A stretch of 37,494 bases of DNA. Origin: Octopus bimaculoides (taxonomy: Eukaryota). The notes beneath the pieces were generated by a model. That model had not been told where the DNA came from. It did not search any database and saw only the letters and a list, made by a program, of their open reading frames with translations. Shown here one piece after another: positions 23,699 through 34,490 of the stretch (its first letter is position 1; every line of letters begins with the position of its first letter). The position numbers were made by a program, and so were the translations under genes. Where the stretch lies: NCBI RefSeq assembly GCF_001194135.2, contig NC_069006.1, forward strand, positions 24,442,652 through 24,480,145. Reading direction: 5' to 3'.

Positions 23699-23879
23699 GT
23701 ATGTGTGTGTGTATATATACACATGCATTCATATTTATATATATGTAATAAAAGTTCATGGTTATAACCATGTGCACATGTTTTGTGTATGTATGTATAT
23801 ACTTTACATAAAGAATAAAGATCCTTTTTGAGTCATATAGACTTGTAGCGCCAGTTTCCTGGCTCCCATGGTGCATATA

Positions 23880-24064
23880 TTCCCCTCTCGGACAGGTTGC
23901 TGGCTCATTGCAGGATTACTCATTCTGGCCAGTTGAGTGGATTGTGGAAACATGAGATGAAGTGTTTTGCACATGAACACAAGACGTCACCCAGTCCCAG
24001 GAATTGAAACCACAATCTCATGATCATGGGTTCAACATCCTAACTACTAAGCCATGCACCTCCA
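23880..24064 (-). mobile_element. SINE family C
   Basis: Its reverse complement aligns end to end with 26645-26825. Confidence 0.8.
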
Positions 24065-24102
24065 TGTATACTTACATACGTACCTACATACATATATATA
24101 TG

Positions 24103-24145
<43 letters not shown>

Positions 24146-25011
24146 ATAAAATCAAAGATTTAGTTGTTTTGTGTGCATGTATGTACATATATGTCTAAAC
24201 ATTTTAGAGAACTAGCCAAGCACCCACCCTAGACAACGATGTTTAAGGAGCTAGGCAACCATAAATTCTAGACTATAATGTTTAGAGAGTGACCACCCCT
24301 TTAGTGTTGCTGATAACCTCAAATTAGGGTCTGATTTAGGACAGTTAACGCTATCACAGCAGTGATAGTGAAGTGCTGTTGTTATGTTGAGATAAATCTT
24401 ATGAATTTAGGATGTTGAGTTTTGGGGATTGGCACAATTACTGTTGTAGGTAGGGATGTGATGTTCGATGTATATAAAGTGGGTGGACGTACTAAAGATA
24501 TTATAACAGAACTTGTGATATCTTAATATGGTTAACGCTTTCTAGTTAAACTTTTCAACAATTTTAGTATTTATTCTGATTTTACATAACTTTCAGTCAG
24601 GAATTCAAACTATTGTAACTTTATCTACAGCTGCTATGTTGTATCTGAGGAGGATGTGTTTGGGATTGGTTGGCTTGGCTCAAAGACTGGCAGATGTTTA
24701 ACCCTTTAGCACTTAAACTAGCCGTATCCAGCACAAAATGATTGTGCATGCATGTCTATATCTGCATAAAAATATTTATTATATATGTATATTATACTCA
24801 AATTTCAATTTTTTTTTTTTTTTCCAATTATTGATTTGTACCAAGGTTTAATAAGTGATAAGTCTTTTCCATGTGGTCTTAGAGTTGATTAGGTTTTGTT
24901 AATCTCATTTTATGATATTTTTTCAAAAAATATGCAAATAAATTGCTGATATGTGTGCTTTTATCTGATAAGCTTCATTATTAAAATCATTTTTCCTTTT
25001 ATTATTTTCAG

Positions 25012-25174
25012 GGGCCCTGCTGGCTCACCACATACTGCTGGAGGTTCTTATAAACGCTCTCGGACAGCTAGTCCTTCTATGCCTCGGTCTTCTTATCCTT
25101 ATCCTCAAGAACCTAACACTAGGTATGGAATTCCTCCATCATCGGGATATACCATTTACCGAGAACCCTATCCG
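25012..25174 (+). CDS. Internal coding exon of an unidentified plus-strand gene; S/P/Y/G-rich low-complexity peptide (R)GPAGSPHTAGGSYKRSRTASPSMPRSSYPYPQEPNTRYGIPPSSGYTIYREPYP
   Basis: Polypyrimidine tract and CAG acceptor (ttttccttttattattttcag, AG at 25010-25011). 163 nt open in one frame (phase 2 in, phase 0 out). Donor CCG|gtacgt at 25175. GC and codon content stand out from the flanks. Confidence 0.8.
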
Positions 25175-25689
25175 GTACGTATTTTGCTATTGGCTGTTTT
25201 TGAAATGGCTCAGTTTTTACCCAAATATTCTGTTTTATGTTCACACTAACAAGATCTGTGCCCTCACCCTTACCCTATAATGTAATTCTAAAAATACACT
25301 CTCATGATAATGATACTGAAATCTTGACAGTAGTAATAGTAGTGGTGGGTGCATCCGCTGTAATAGTGCATTGCTGCACCCACCATTTATTGGTGATTCC
25401 ATGATCCTAGCAGACGATGCCTTTGTACCACTCAGGCAACAGATCTTCAACCCATGGGTCTGTTTGGGTAGTCAGTGCTGGCAAAGGTTTTATGAGGTAG
25501 GAGTGCAAATCCTACTACAGCCTCTTTTAGTTGCTTTTTATGGCATAGAGAGGAAATGTTAGGTCTGTTCTTTGGCACGCCAGCCTCTACCCTGACCCTA
25601 AGTTTGTAGCTTAGAATCAGGGTGGTTTCAGGCGGGTTAGTCAAAAACATTAATTCTAATAATTTTGTTTTGCTGTGTTAGGGGCCACT

Positions 25690-26100
25690 TGTGTGTGTGG
25701 CCTGTGATACTATGAGCCTGTGACAGTACAGAGCTTACGTGTATATATAGACTGTGATGGTGTAGAGGGTATGTGCGTGTATATTCTTTGACAGTGTGGA
25801 GGTTGTGTGTGTATGTTATATAGCCAGTGATGGTGCAGTGTGTATATGTGCATGTTTGTGTAGGTGTGTATAACTGTATGTGTGTGTATGTAATCTGTGG
25901 TGGTGCAGAGTGTGTGTGTGTAGCTGTGCACACCTGTATGCGTGTGTGTCTAGTTGTGTATACCCTCTTGTGTGTGTGTATGGCCTGTGTTAGTGCTGAG
26001 TGTGTGTGTGTGTGTGTGTATATATAGCTGTGTATACCCTCTGTATATGTGTAAATGTGTATAACCTATGATGGTGGTATGTGTGGCTTGTGATAATGCA
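25690..26100 (+). repeat. Degenerate GT-rich cryptic tandem repeat
   Basis: Recurring gtgatggtgcag, gcctgtga and gtgtataccctct motifs among (GT)n. Confidence 0.6.
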
Positions 26101-26644
26101 GAGAACACTATTTTGAATATCATTTAAATTTGTCCTTTATCTCATTTTTCTTGGAAACTTCCGCGGATGAATTTAGGAAGGAAGGATATTAAGGATCCTA
26201 CAATAGGCTTTAAGACTTGGCTACAGTTCGTAGGAAACCTGAAATTCTTGTTAACTCTATCTGTTACCATAGTAACCCAATTAATCTAGCATACATTATT
26301 AATTTATTTAATCCTCTCGTGTCTCTCATCTTTGTAAAGTAACCATAGTGTATTGACGGTGGTGGGGAACAGAAAGTGTTGTGCGTGAGTGTACTCCTTT
26401 ATATACTGCAGATAGTATAATTGTCAGCTTTTGATCATGAAAATGTTCTCTGATTAGTAATTAGGGATATTAATTAATGCATCAAAAATTAGCTGAAATT
26501 GAAAGAAAAAAAAAAAGGTGGTGGCTGTTAAATTGGAGACTAGAAATTTTGTTCTTTAAATTAAAACTAGTTAAATTAAAAACTAGGCAGGAATGAAAAT
26601 GGTAGAGCAACAGTAAATTAAAGACTTTCAGTATTTAACTCCTG

Positions 26645-26825
26645 TGGAGGTGCGTGGCCTAGTGGTTAGGCTGTTGGACTCATGATCATAAGATTGTGGT
26701 TTCAATTCCTAGACCAGGCAACGCTTTGTCTTGAGCAAAACACTTCATTTCACGTTGTTCCAGTCCACTGTACTGGCGGAAATGAGTAATCCTGTGACGG
26801 ACCAGCCTCCTGTCCACGTGGGGAA
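26645..26825 (+). mobile_element. SINE family C
   Basis: A-box tggcctagtgg, B-box ggtttcaattcc, ttgagcaaaacacttcatttcacg. Confidence 0.8.
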
Positions 26826-28014
26826 AAAAGCAATCATATAGAAATCCTGAAATTACAAGATAATGCATAATTAATTCAAAACAATGTGAATAAATAAGCA
26901 TTATATTTGGCAGAGAAATCCGAATACTAAAGGGTTAAATTGAGAACCTATGGAAGCTAATAAGGGACTAAGATCCTTAGTATGGCATGGTGAAATGTAT
27001 CTCAGTTGTAAAAGCTTGAAGATGATGATTGTCCTTTGTTTTTTTTCCTTTTAATTTTATTTTCGCTGTTTGTACCAGAAACCAGACACAGTTTCAGTTT
27101 ATTTTTCACTACTCTTCACTTGTCAATACAAAGTTTTATTTGATATGCAACTCTAGTGGATCAGTTCTCACTTGTCAGGAGAGGCCATTGGGTGTGGTAC
27201 GTGGGTGGTGGGGGTATTATTGATTGAGAAAACAACAGTGAGATCAAGTTAAGAGTGACAGTAGGTTGAGGGAGATAAGAAAAAAAAATGACAGTAAATA
27301 GGAAGACCCGTAAGTCAAGAAGTATGGTCGTTCCACTAAATTTTCATTTTAGATGGTGTTATTTCTTTGTTGTCTTTTCTTTTTGTTTGTTTTTGGTGTG
27401 TGTGTGGGGGGGGGATATCACTATCGAGTGTGGAAGACTCTCTAAATTTTGAGTTACAGCTATGCTAATATTTATATCCTTGGCCTAGCTACAACACCAT
27501 CACTGTAAGCAGCTGGAGCACTGTATAATTTACAAATGTTTAGTTAGCAGGGCTAAGTCCTCCAAAGGGTCTGAAGTATGAAAGTCATAAGTAAATTCCT
27601 TTTTTCTTTGTTTATTCTTCTTGTAAATTCTGCAATAAGCTGTGGCATCATTCCAGATTCCTGTTACGGAATAAACACCGCCAATGATGTGTGTAGAAAA
27701 AATGGCAACAGTTGTACTCTGACCATGTCTGCTTTGCTTAGCACCAGAATTGGTATTAATACAGAAATAGACTGGACAGTGGAAAGCGTACGCGGTCAGA
27801 CACCAACACTGCACTCTATGCAATTATCACTGCGCTCTGTACAATTAAACAATTAACCCCTGTACGTTAGTATTCGCAGTATGGAAATCGGCTGGGTAGA
27901 GACGTGTGGTGTATCTGAAACAACAGATTCAGGAGCCGCTTTCCTTCACATCATGGGTCTGCTCTGGTATATCCATGACAAATGCTGCAACAATATAAAG
28001 TGATCTTCAGCAGT

Positions 28015-28401
28015 AGACGTAGGAGTGGCTGTGTGGTAAGTAGCTTGCTTACCAACCACATGGTTCTGGGTTCAGTCCCACTGCATGGCACTTTGGGCAA
28101 GTGTCTTCTACTATAGCCTCGGGCCGACCAAAGCCTTGTGAGTGGATTTGGTAGATGGAAACTGAAAGATGCCTGTCATATATATGTGTGTGTGTGTGTA
28201 TGTTTGTGTGTCTGTGTTTGTCCCCCCCAACATCACTTGACAACCGATGCTGGTGTGTTTACGTCCCCGTAACTTAGCGGTTCAGCAAAAGAGAACAATA
28301 AAATAAGTACTAGACTTCCAAAGAATAAGTCCTGGGGTCGGTTTGCTCGACTAAAGGCGGTGCTCTAGCATGGCCACAGTCAAATGACTGAAACAAGTAA
28401 A
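28015..28401 (+). mobile_element. SINE family A, full-length and little diverged
   Basis: tRNA-like head ggctgtgtggtaagtagcttgc...ggttcagtccc, CORE-like ttgggcaagtgtctt, internal (TA/TG)n, tail ...gcatggccacagtcaaatgactgaaacaagtaaaa. Many homologous copies in the window. Confidence 0.85.
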
Positions 28402-28465
28402 ATAGTATAAAGCAGTGAGAAAAGGTTAGACTAATTATTCCCACTTGCACCTGCTTTTTACTCTA

Positions 28466-28710
28466 AAAAATAATTGGAAAGAGTGGGTTTGACCCCCGCA
28501 AATAATATCGCCCCACTATTTTTTTTTTATGGGGAGTGCCTCTGCTCTTGTTTATTTTTTTGTTTTTTGCTTTTCTTTTTTTATATTTCCAAAATTTGTT
28601 TGATAAAAAAAAACAAAAAAATAAACAAGAGCAGAGGCACTCCCCATAAAAAAAAAATAGTGGGGCGATATTATTTGCGGGGGTCAAACCCACTCTTTCC
28701 AATTATTTTT
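28466..28710. repeat. Near-perfect inverted repeat, ~103-bp arms with a ~39-nt loop, ending at an N-gap
   Basis: 28466-28568 is the reverse complement of 28608-28710. The ORF track gives the same N-terminal peptide on both strands. Confidence 0.9.
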
Positions 28711-29203
28711 NNNNNNNNNNCCTCCCTCCCTCCCTCCTATCTGAAGCTTATCAAGAGTAATTCGAGTGTTTTCTAGATGTTTTTTTTATTGGGGTTTTGA
28801 AAAAAAAACCAAAAAGCCATTGTTGCTTACATAATACTTCTTCCATTGCCGATCTGTTATATATTACTTACTATTTCTCAAGAATTGTTACTATGCTATC
28901 TTGTATTCTCTTTCTGCAATTCTTTTCTTTATTCATACTTGGTCTTTTTTTCTTTGTTTTTTATAGATTTTTTCTTCTTCATTCTGCGTCTTGACATTTT
29001 TATTATTGTGTTGTTGCATCTACTTTTCTCGACTATCATGGTTAAGATGTGTTTCTTTTTTTCAAAAACACAAATATTTAAATATTCAACATGTTTGACT
29101 TATTGTTTATCACTCAGCTGCTAAGAAAGTGCAAACCTCTTTTTTTTTGGAGGTGGGGGTCTTGTGAAACTGAAGTATGGAAAGTTATGTGCCTAATAAC
29201 TAT

Positions 29204-29463
29204 TCTTTTACTGGTTTCAGCCATTTGACTGCGGCCATGCTGGAACACCGCCTTCAGTCGAACAAATCGACCCCAGAAATTATTCTTTGTAAGCCTAGTA
29301 CTTATTCTTTAGGTCTCTTTTGCTGAACCGCTAAGTGACAGGGACGTAAACACACCAACATTGATTGTCAAGTGATGTTGGAGGGGAACACACAAATAAA
29401 ACATACATACATATACAAACATATATACGATGGGCTTCTTTCAGTTTCCGTCTACCAAATTCA
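29204..29463 (-). mobile_element. SINE family A, 3' two-thirds
   Basis: Reverse complement of the tail through cagtttccgtctaccaaattca. Confidence 0.8.
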
Positions 29464-29993
29464 ATTATTTTACTGAAAAATTATTTTACTGAAAAATAAC
29501 ATAACCACTTATTCTAATCTCTGCACGGGTTTTCGGTCTAAAATCTCCAGATGTTAATTTCTTTTCATCTTTCTGCTGAGTTGTCTTGGGACAGTTTTAA
29601 TATCAGTCCACTTGTTGTGCGTTCTGCAAGTTTCCTGCAAAGAACAGAGACCTGATTTCTCTCTTTCTTCTGGATACAGAAAAATCAATAATTTGTGCTG
29701 AAAGACATTTGAGTACGTTTAATTTGTTTTGGTGATATCTATTTGGATGACAAAGCTCGCTTGCTTTTATATCATTTTTGTTTTGTTTTCTTTTCTTTTT
29801 CTTCCTTTCTTCTGTCTTCCTGACAATGTTTGGTTTGTTGCCTTTCGTTTACATCCGACTGTGTGTCATTGAATCAAGTTAATGTTTGTGGTCGTCCATG
29901 GTTGGAAAAGCAATCAGCTACTGTCCTTCATTTGCTGGGAAATATTTTCAGTAGTTTTTCCCAGCTAAGATATTTTGTTTTGTGTTTTTGCAA

Positions 29994-30110
29994 CAAGCTG
30001 GCTGAATCGTTAGCTCGCTAGACAAAATGCTTAACGACATTTCATCTATTGTTACATTCTGAGTTCAAATTCCACCAAGGTCGATTTTTGCTTTTCATCC
30101 TTTCAGGGTT
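29994..30110 (+). mobile_element. SINE family D, 5' half
   Basis: gctggctgaatcgttagc...ctgagttcaaattccaccaaggtcga. Confidence 0.7.
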
Positions 30111-30305
30111 TCAGCCAGGTTGGTAAGGAAAGGGTTAATAGGCAACTGTTGGGGAATCTCATCTAAACAATCAGGGAAGACAAAATTCCGTAAACCTCCT
30201 CTGTGGTGTTTGGTGGATTTAGCACTGACAAACCTTTCAAAGATGGTTTTGTGATTCATTTAATCTGTTGTAAAAGGCCAAAAAAAAAAAAAAGAAGATT
30301 AAGAA

Positions 30306-30336
<31 letters not shown>

Positions 30337-30664
30337 NNNNNNNNNNNNNNNNNNNNNNNNNNNNNNNNNNNNNNNNNNNNNNNNNNNNNNNNNNNNNNNN
30401 NNNNNNNNNNNNNNNNNNNNNNNNNNNNNNNNNNNNNNNNNNNNNNNNNNNNNNNNNNNAAGAGTAATAAGTTTGGGAACTGCTGTTCTATGTTATTTAG
30501 GTCACTGACTATTCTGATGCCAAATATAACTTTAAAAGTTCTCATTGTGGAATCGGAATACATATCTAGGGATAATTTAATTGGTTACCATAAGGAAATA
30601 ACTGGAGCTAATTCAACCAGAAAGTTTCCACATTGCAAAAGAAAAAAAAATTTTAATCTATATA

Positions 30665-30821
30665 CAGGCATGGCTGTGTGATTAGAAGCTTGCTTCTCAA
30701 CCACATGATTCCAGGTTCAGTCCCACTGCATGGCACCTTGGGCAAGTAACTTCTACTATAGCCTCGGGCTGACCAAAGCCTTGTGAGTGGATTTGGTAGG
30801 TGGACACTGTGGAAGCCCATT
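30665..30821 (+). mobile_element. SINE family A, 5' half
   Basis: Close match to the head of 28015. Confidence 0.8.
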
Positions 30822-30984
30822 ACACACACACACACACATTATGAGCAATCAGACTATCAGATGTTGTTACACATCACTGACCACAGTGCGCTTTGCATCT
30901 TTGTTAGCTTTTGAATGATGCCACCCTGCCAGCCAGGCAAACCAGGCCAACATTGTCCCTGATTGGAAGGCTAGTCTGTTGCAG

Positions 30985-31126
30985 GGTGTGGCCCATTTAC
31001 AGCTGAGTGGACTGGAGAAACCTGAAATAAAGTGTTTTGCTCAAGAGCACAACCACCACTCTGTCCAGGGTTCGAACCCATGATCACTAGATCGTGAGTC
31101 TAACACGCTGACCACTAGACCACATG
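30985..31126 (-). mobile_element. SINE family C
   Basis: gctgagtggactggag...gtgttttgctcaag...gggttcgaaccc...gaccactagaccacatg. Confidence 0.7.
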
Positions 31127-32088
31127 AACTGTATGTGTATCCTTGTCTTTGTATTTGCCACCCACCCCACCCCATGCTTGACAGCAAGTCTTGGTTTATT
31201 TTTAACTTATTAATTTACATCCCTGCAACAAGAGAGGTTGATACAATAAGCACCAGACTTTAAAAAGCACTGGGATTGATTGATTGATTCAACTAAAACC
31301 CTTCAAGGCTGTCTCCAAGGACATGAAACAACAGCTAAAATATAATGTATTGTGTAGCTGGACAGTCACGTTTCTAGTTTTATTGCAGATTTTATCCTCG
31401 TAATTGATGTCATTGTGTCAGCTGAAAAAAAAAAAAAAAAAAAACCATTGCTTAGTTTTAGTCTTGTAAACATAACAAAAGCAATGACATGCTATTTAAA
31501 ATATACTTACATCAACATGAATTGTCCATTGAAAACAAATACTGCCTCGTCAGCAACTTTTATTATTAATCTTCTCATTGTTGCTCTTCGCCATCAATGG
31601 TAGCCACATTAGCTCGTATCCGAGTAGTAGACATGTAGCTAGTGATTCAGCCTCTTCATCTGAATGGGTGCAAAGCGTGCCAGTGCCAGTCCAGCGCTGG
31701 CTGTTGAGACAGAGGACAATACAGAAGCACCGTGAGGGCATTTATTGCAAGAGAGAGTTAGTGGGGGACGAGGAGGACATCTGACCTCTACCTCTTGGCG
31801 ACTGTTGTTTTCCATCAAGTCTGTTCTCTCAACGATGATGTGCCACCACTTAGGGTGGCCCTTGGCAATTGTCTCTCAGATATTCATGTCAATGGAGCAG
31901 TGGAGGAGAGTGGTCTTGAGCTGGTCTCAGAAATGGAATTAGGGGGCTTTTAGATGTGTATCATTCATCTGCAATGTTTTCCATCTACTTTTCCTTACTG
32001 GCATGGGTTGGATTGTGTTTTTTTTATTATTTTTTGGCAGCCTTCCACACAAGTTTCCATTTACCAAATTCACTCACAAGGTATTGGT

Positions 32089-32142
<54 letters not shown>

Positions 32143-32145
32143 ATG

Positions 32146-32303
32146 TGCTTCTTTCAGTTTCTGTTTACCAAATCCACTCACAAGGCTTTGGTCGGCCCGA
32201 AGCTATAGTAGAAGACACTTGCCCAAGGTGCCATGCAGTGGGACTGAACCTGGGACCATGTGGTTGGGAAGCAAGCTACTTAGTACCCAGCCACTCTTGC
32301 GCC
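32146..32303 (-). mobile_element. SINE family A, 5' half
   Basis: Close reverse-complement match to 30665-30821. A further short fragment lies at ~32050-32085. Confidence 0.8.
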
Positions 32304-32799
32304 TTGTTCCCCCCCCCTCTTTTGTCATGCAATTGCTAGTCGTAATCAAATTTGAACAACGCACTATCATATTATTCTTACATTATAATATATCAACTAC
32401 ATTTGATGACCTCTAAGAAGATCGTTAACTGCATACACTTATTAGCATGTCCGCAAATCGTACATCAGCCATTGTTGTAGTTCAGTTAATACTTAATTAA
32501 ATATTGCAGTAGAGTTTTTAAAGTGCTTGTTAGTTTCAAAATGAGTTGCAGCAGTTACTAATGGAAAATTATGTGCATAAATCCATTAGTTTTAAGTTTA
32601 CATTGAGATAACTACTGAATAAATTGCTAACAAGCAAGGTGGTTGTGCTTAGAAAATTTCTGGAGCATAATTCCAGCATCCAAATTTGCATTAGAGATTT
32701 GGGAGAAAATGGAAATTTAGTGGGTACTGCTGAATAAAACTTTATTATTATTATTATCATTATTATTATTGCCAGCATTACTATTATTGTTATTAAGGT

Positions 32800-32940
32800 T
32801 GGAAGCTGGACAAAATGCTTAGCAGCATTTCACCTGTCTTCGTCTTCATGTTTTGAGCTCAAATTCTGCCGTGGTTGACTTTGCCTTTCATTCTTTCAGG
32901 GTCAGTGAAATAAATACCAGTCAAGTACTGGGGATTTTGT
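32800..32940 (+). mobile_element. SINE family D, partial
   Basis: Homologous to 33130-33363. Confidence 0.7.
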
Positions 32941-32956
32941 ATTCGACTTTACTGGC

Positions 32957-33086
32957 TACCAAATCCACTCAACAAGGCTTTGGCTGACCCAGGGTTTATA
33001 GTAGATTACATTTGCCCATGGTTCACAGCAGGACTGACCCAGAACCATTTGGCTGGGAAGCAAACTTTTTCTGACACAGCCATGCT
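32957..33086 (-). mobile_element. SINE family A, 5' half
   Basis: ctaccaaatccactcaacaaggctttggctgaccc...gacacagccatgc. Confidence 0.7.
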
Positions 33087-33129
33087 TTATTATCATTATT
33101 ATTATCATTATTATTATTATTATTATTAT

Positions 33130-33363
33130 GGTGGTGAGCTGGCTGGATCATTAGCACACCTGGTGAAATGCTTTGCAGTATTTCGCGTCTGCCTCTATAT
33201 TCTGAGTTCAAACTCCGCCGAGGTTGACTTTGCCCTTAATCCTTTCATGATCAGTAAATCAAGTACCAGTTGAGTACTGGAGTCAATGTGATCGACTGTC
33301 CCCCTCCCTACAAAATCCAGGCCTTGTGTCTATAGTAAAAAGGATTATTATTATTATTATTAT
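33130..33363 (+). mobile_element. SINE family D, full-length with (ATT)n tail
   Basis: ggtggtgagctggc...ctgagttcaaactccgccgaggttgactttgcc...ggccttgtgtctatagtaaaaaggattattatt. Confidence 0.8.
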
Positions 33364-34221
33364 TTACCACATCTAATACCTATATAAGAAGCAAAGATAA
33401 GACTCTGTAAGACCAGCTTTAGACTAACAACTCTTTTAAATTTTTGTAGTATATTAGTCATTTCTTATTTAATCTATATAAAGAAAAATGCAACAAGATA
33501 AATGTGTGTGGAATGGCTAATTTCCTTTTTACATTTACTGCTTCAGATAACAACTGATTTTCGAGTTGGTTCTATTTTTGGAACATTACAGTTGTCCAGC
33601 TGTCATATTTTCCTTTTTTTCTGAAAAAAAATTGTGCTCTGCCAATTCAGCTTTGCTAACCACATAATGTCGAGCTAGCTATAAATTTTTGGACAATGTT
33701 GCATTTTTTGACAGTTCTTTTTTTTTCCCTTTCTTTCAAGACATTTGTTCTTTCTCGGTGTACTGAAGAAACTATACACCTCGTAGCAATGTATGAAACT
33801 GGCCTACTAGATATAACAGCTGCACAAATTTTCTAAGTTAAGAGCCTAGTCTTGTAACGATTCCATTACTGAACAGAAAAGACAGAAAATAAGAGAAGGG
33901 ATTATTTTTTTCTTTACAGTAGAAAATGGATGTAAGCAATGTTAGAATGATTCTTGTGGTATCCTACATTTCAGGACTGGTTGACCAGTGCATTTCTGTG
34001 CAACTTCAGTCTTATATTGCAGCTGGCTATAGTAGTAGACTCATGACAATTTAAGTTTCCCACCTACATATAATGATGATAGACAGTTGAAGATAGGGAC
34101 ATTCTCTGTCCCCGTGCTCATATATAATGAAACTTTTACAATGACTCTGAGCTCAGATGAAGTTCAGCACCTTGTTTGCTTGACTATTTCAGTCCTATGA
34201 CATAATATATTAGTGAAAGTG

Positions 34222-34350
34222 CAGACATAGCTGTGTATGGTTTTGGGTTCAGTCCCATTCTATGGTACTTTGAACAAGTGTCTTCTTCTGTAGCCCTCGG
34301 TCAGCCACTGCTTTGTGAATGAACTTGGTAGACACAGACTGTATGAGCTC
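34222..34350 (+). mobile_element. SINE family A, diverged 5' half
   Basis: gggttcagtcccattctatggtactttgaacaagtgtcttc. Confidence 0.6.
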
Positions 34351-34371
34351 ATTATGTGTGCAACATTGTTT

Positions 34372-34490
34372 CATCATTTTCCCAACTTTTCTATGCTTGC
34401 ATGGGTTCAAAGGAATTCCTTGAGCCAGATTTTCTACAGCAAGATGCCCTTCCTGTTGCCAATCTGTTTCCAAGCAAGGAAATATTTGCC
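34372..34490 (-). mobile_element. (ATG)n-tailed retroposon 3' end
   Basis: ctatgcttgcatgggttc...gatgcccttcctgttgccaa; related fragments at ~31960-32010 and ~10530-10560. Confidence 0.55.

Larger units (their letters stand above)
24698..26938 (+). mobile_element. Three collinear pieces of the piggyBac-type MITE: left TIR 24698-24740, middle 25220-25326, right part with TIR 26829-26938
   Basis: TTAA-CCCTTTAGCAC at 24698 and TACTAAAGGG-TTAA ending at 26938. The middle piece matches the in-window copies at 5529 and 6525. Confidence 0.55.

Noticed and set aside
25250-25330. Apparent exon (RSVPSPLPYN...) after ctaacaag
   Set aside because: The sequence is the middle piece of the piggyBac MITE, and its phase is incompatible with the phase-0 upstream exon.
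29465-29496. 16-bp tandem duplication ttattttactgaaaaa (a similar one at ~12197-12231)
   Set aside because: It is a small slippage or repair duplication next to a truncated SINE, with no element between the copies.
30653-32416. Recurring peptide HLPNPLTRLWSARGYSRRHLPKVPCSGTEPGTMWL (also at ~5900, ~28100, ~32150)
   Set aside because: It is antisense translation of SINE family A, not a gene family.
33721-33836. Acceptor-like site followed by a 31-codon open frame (TFVLSRCTEETIHLVAMYETG...*)
   Set aside because: There is no donor before the stop and no recognisable motif; this is expected by chance in AT-rich intron.
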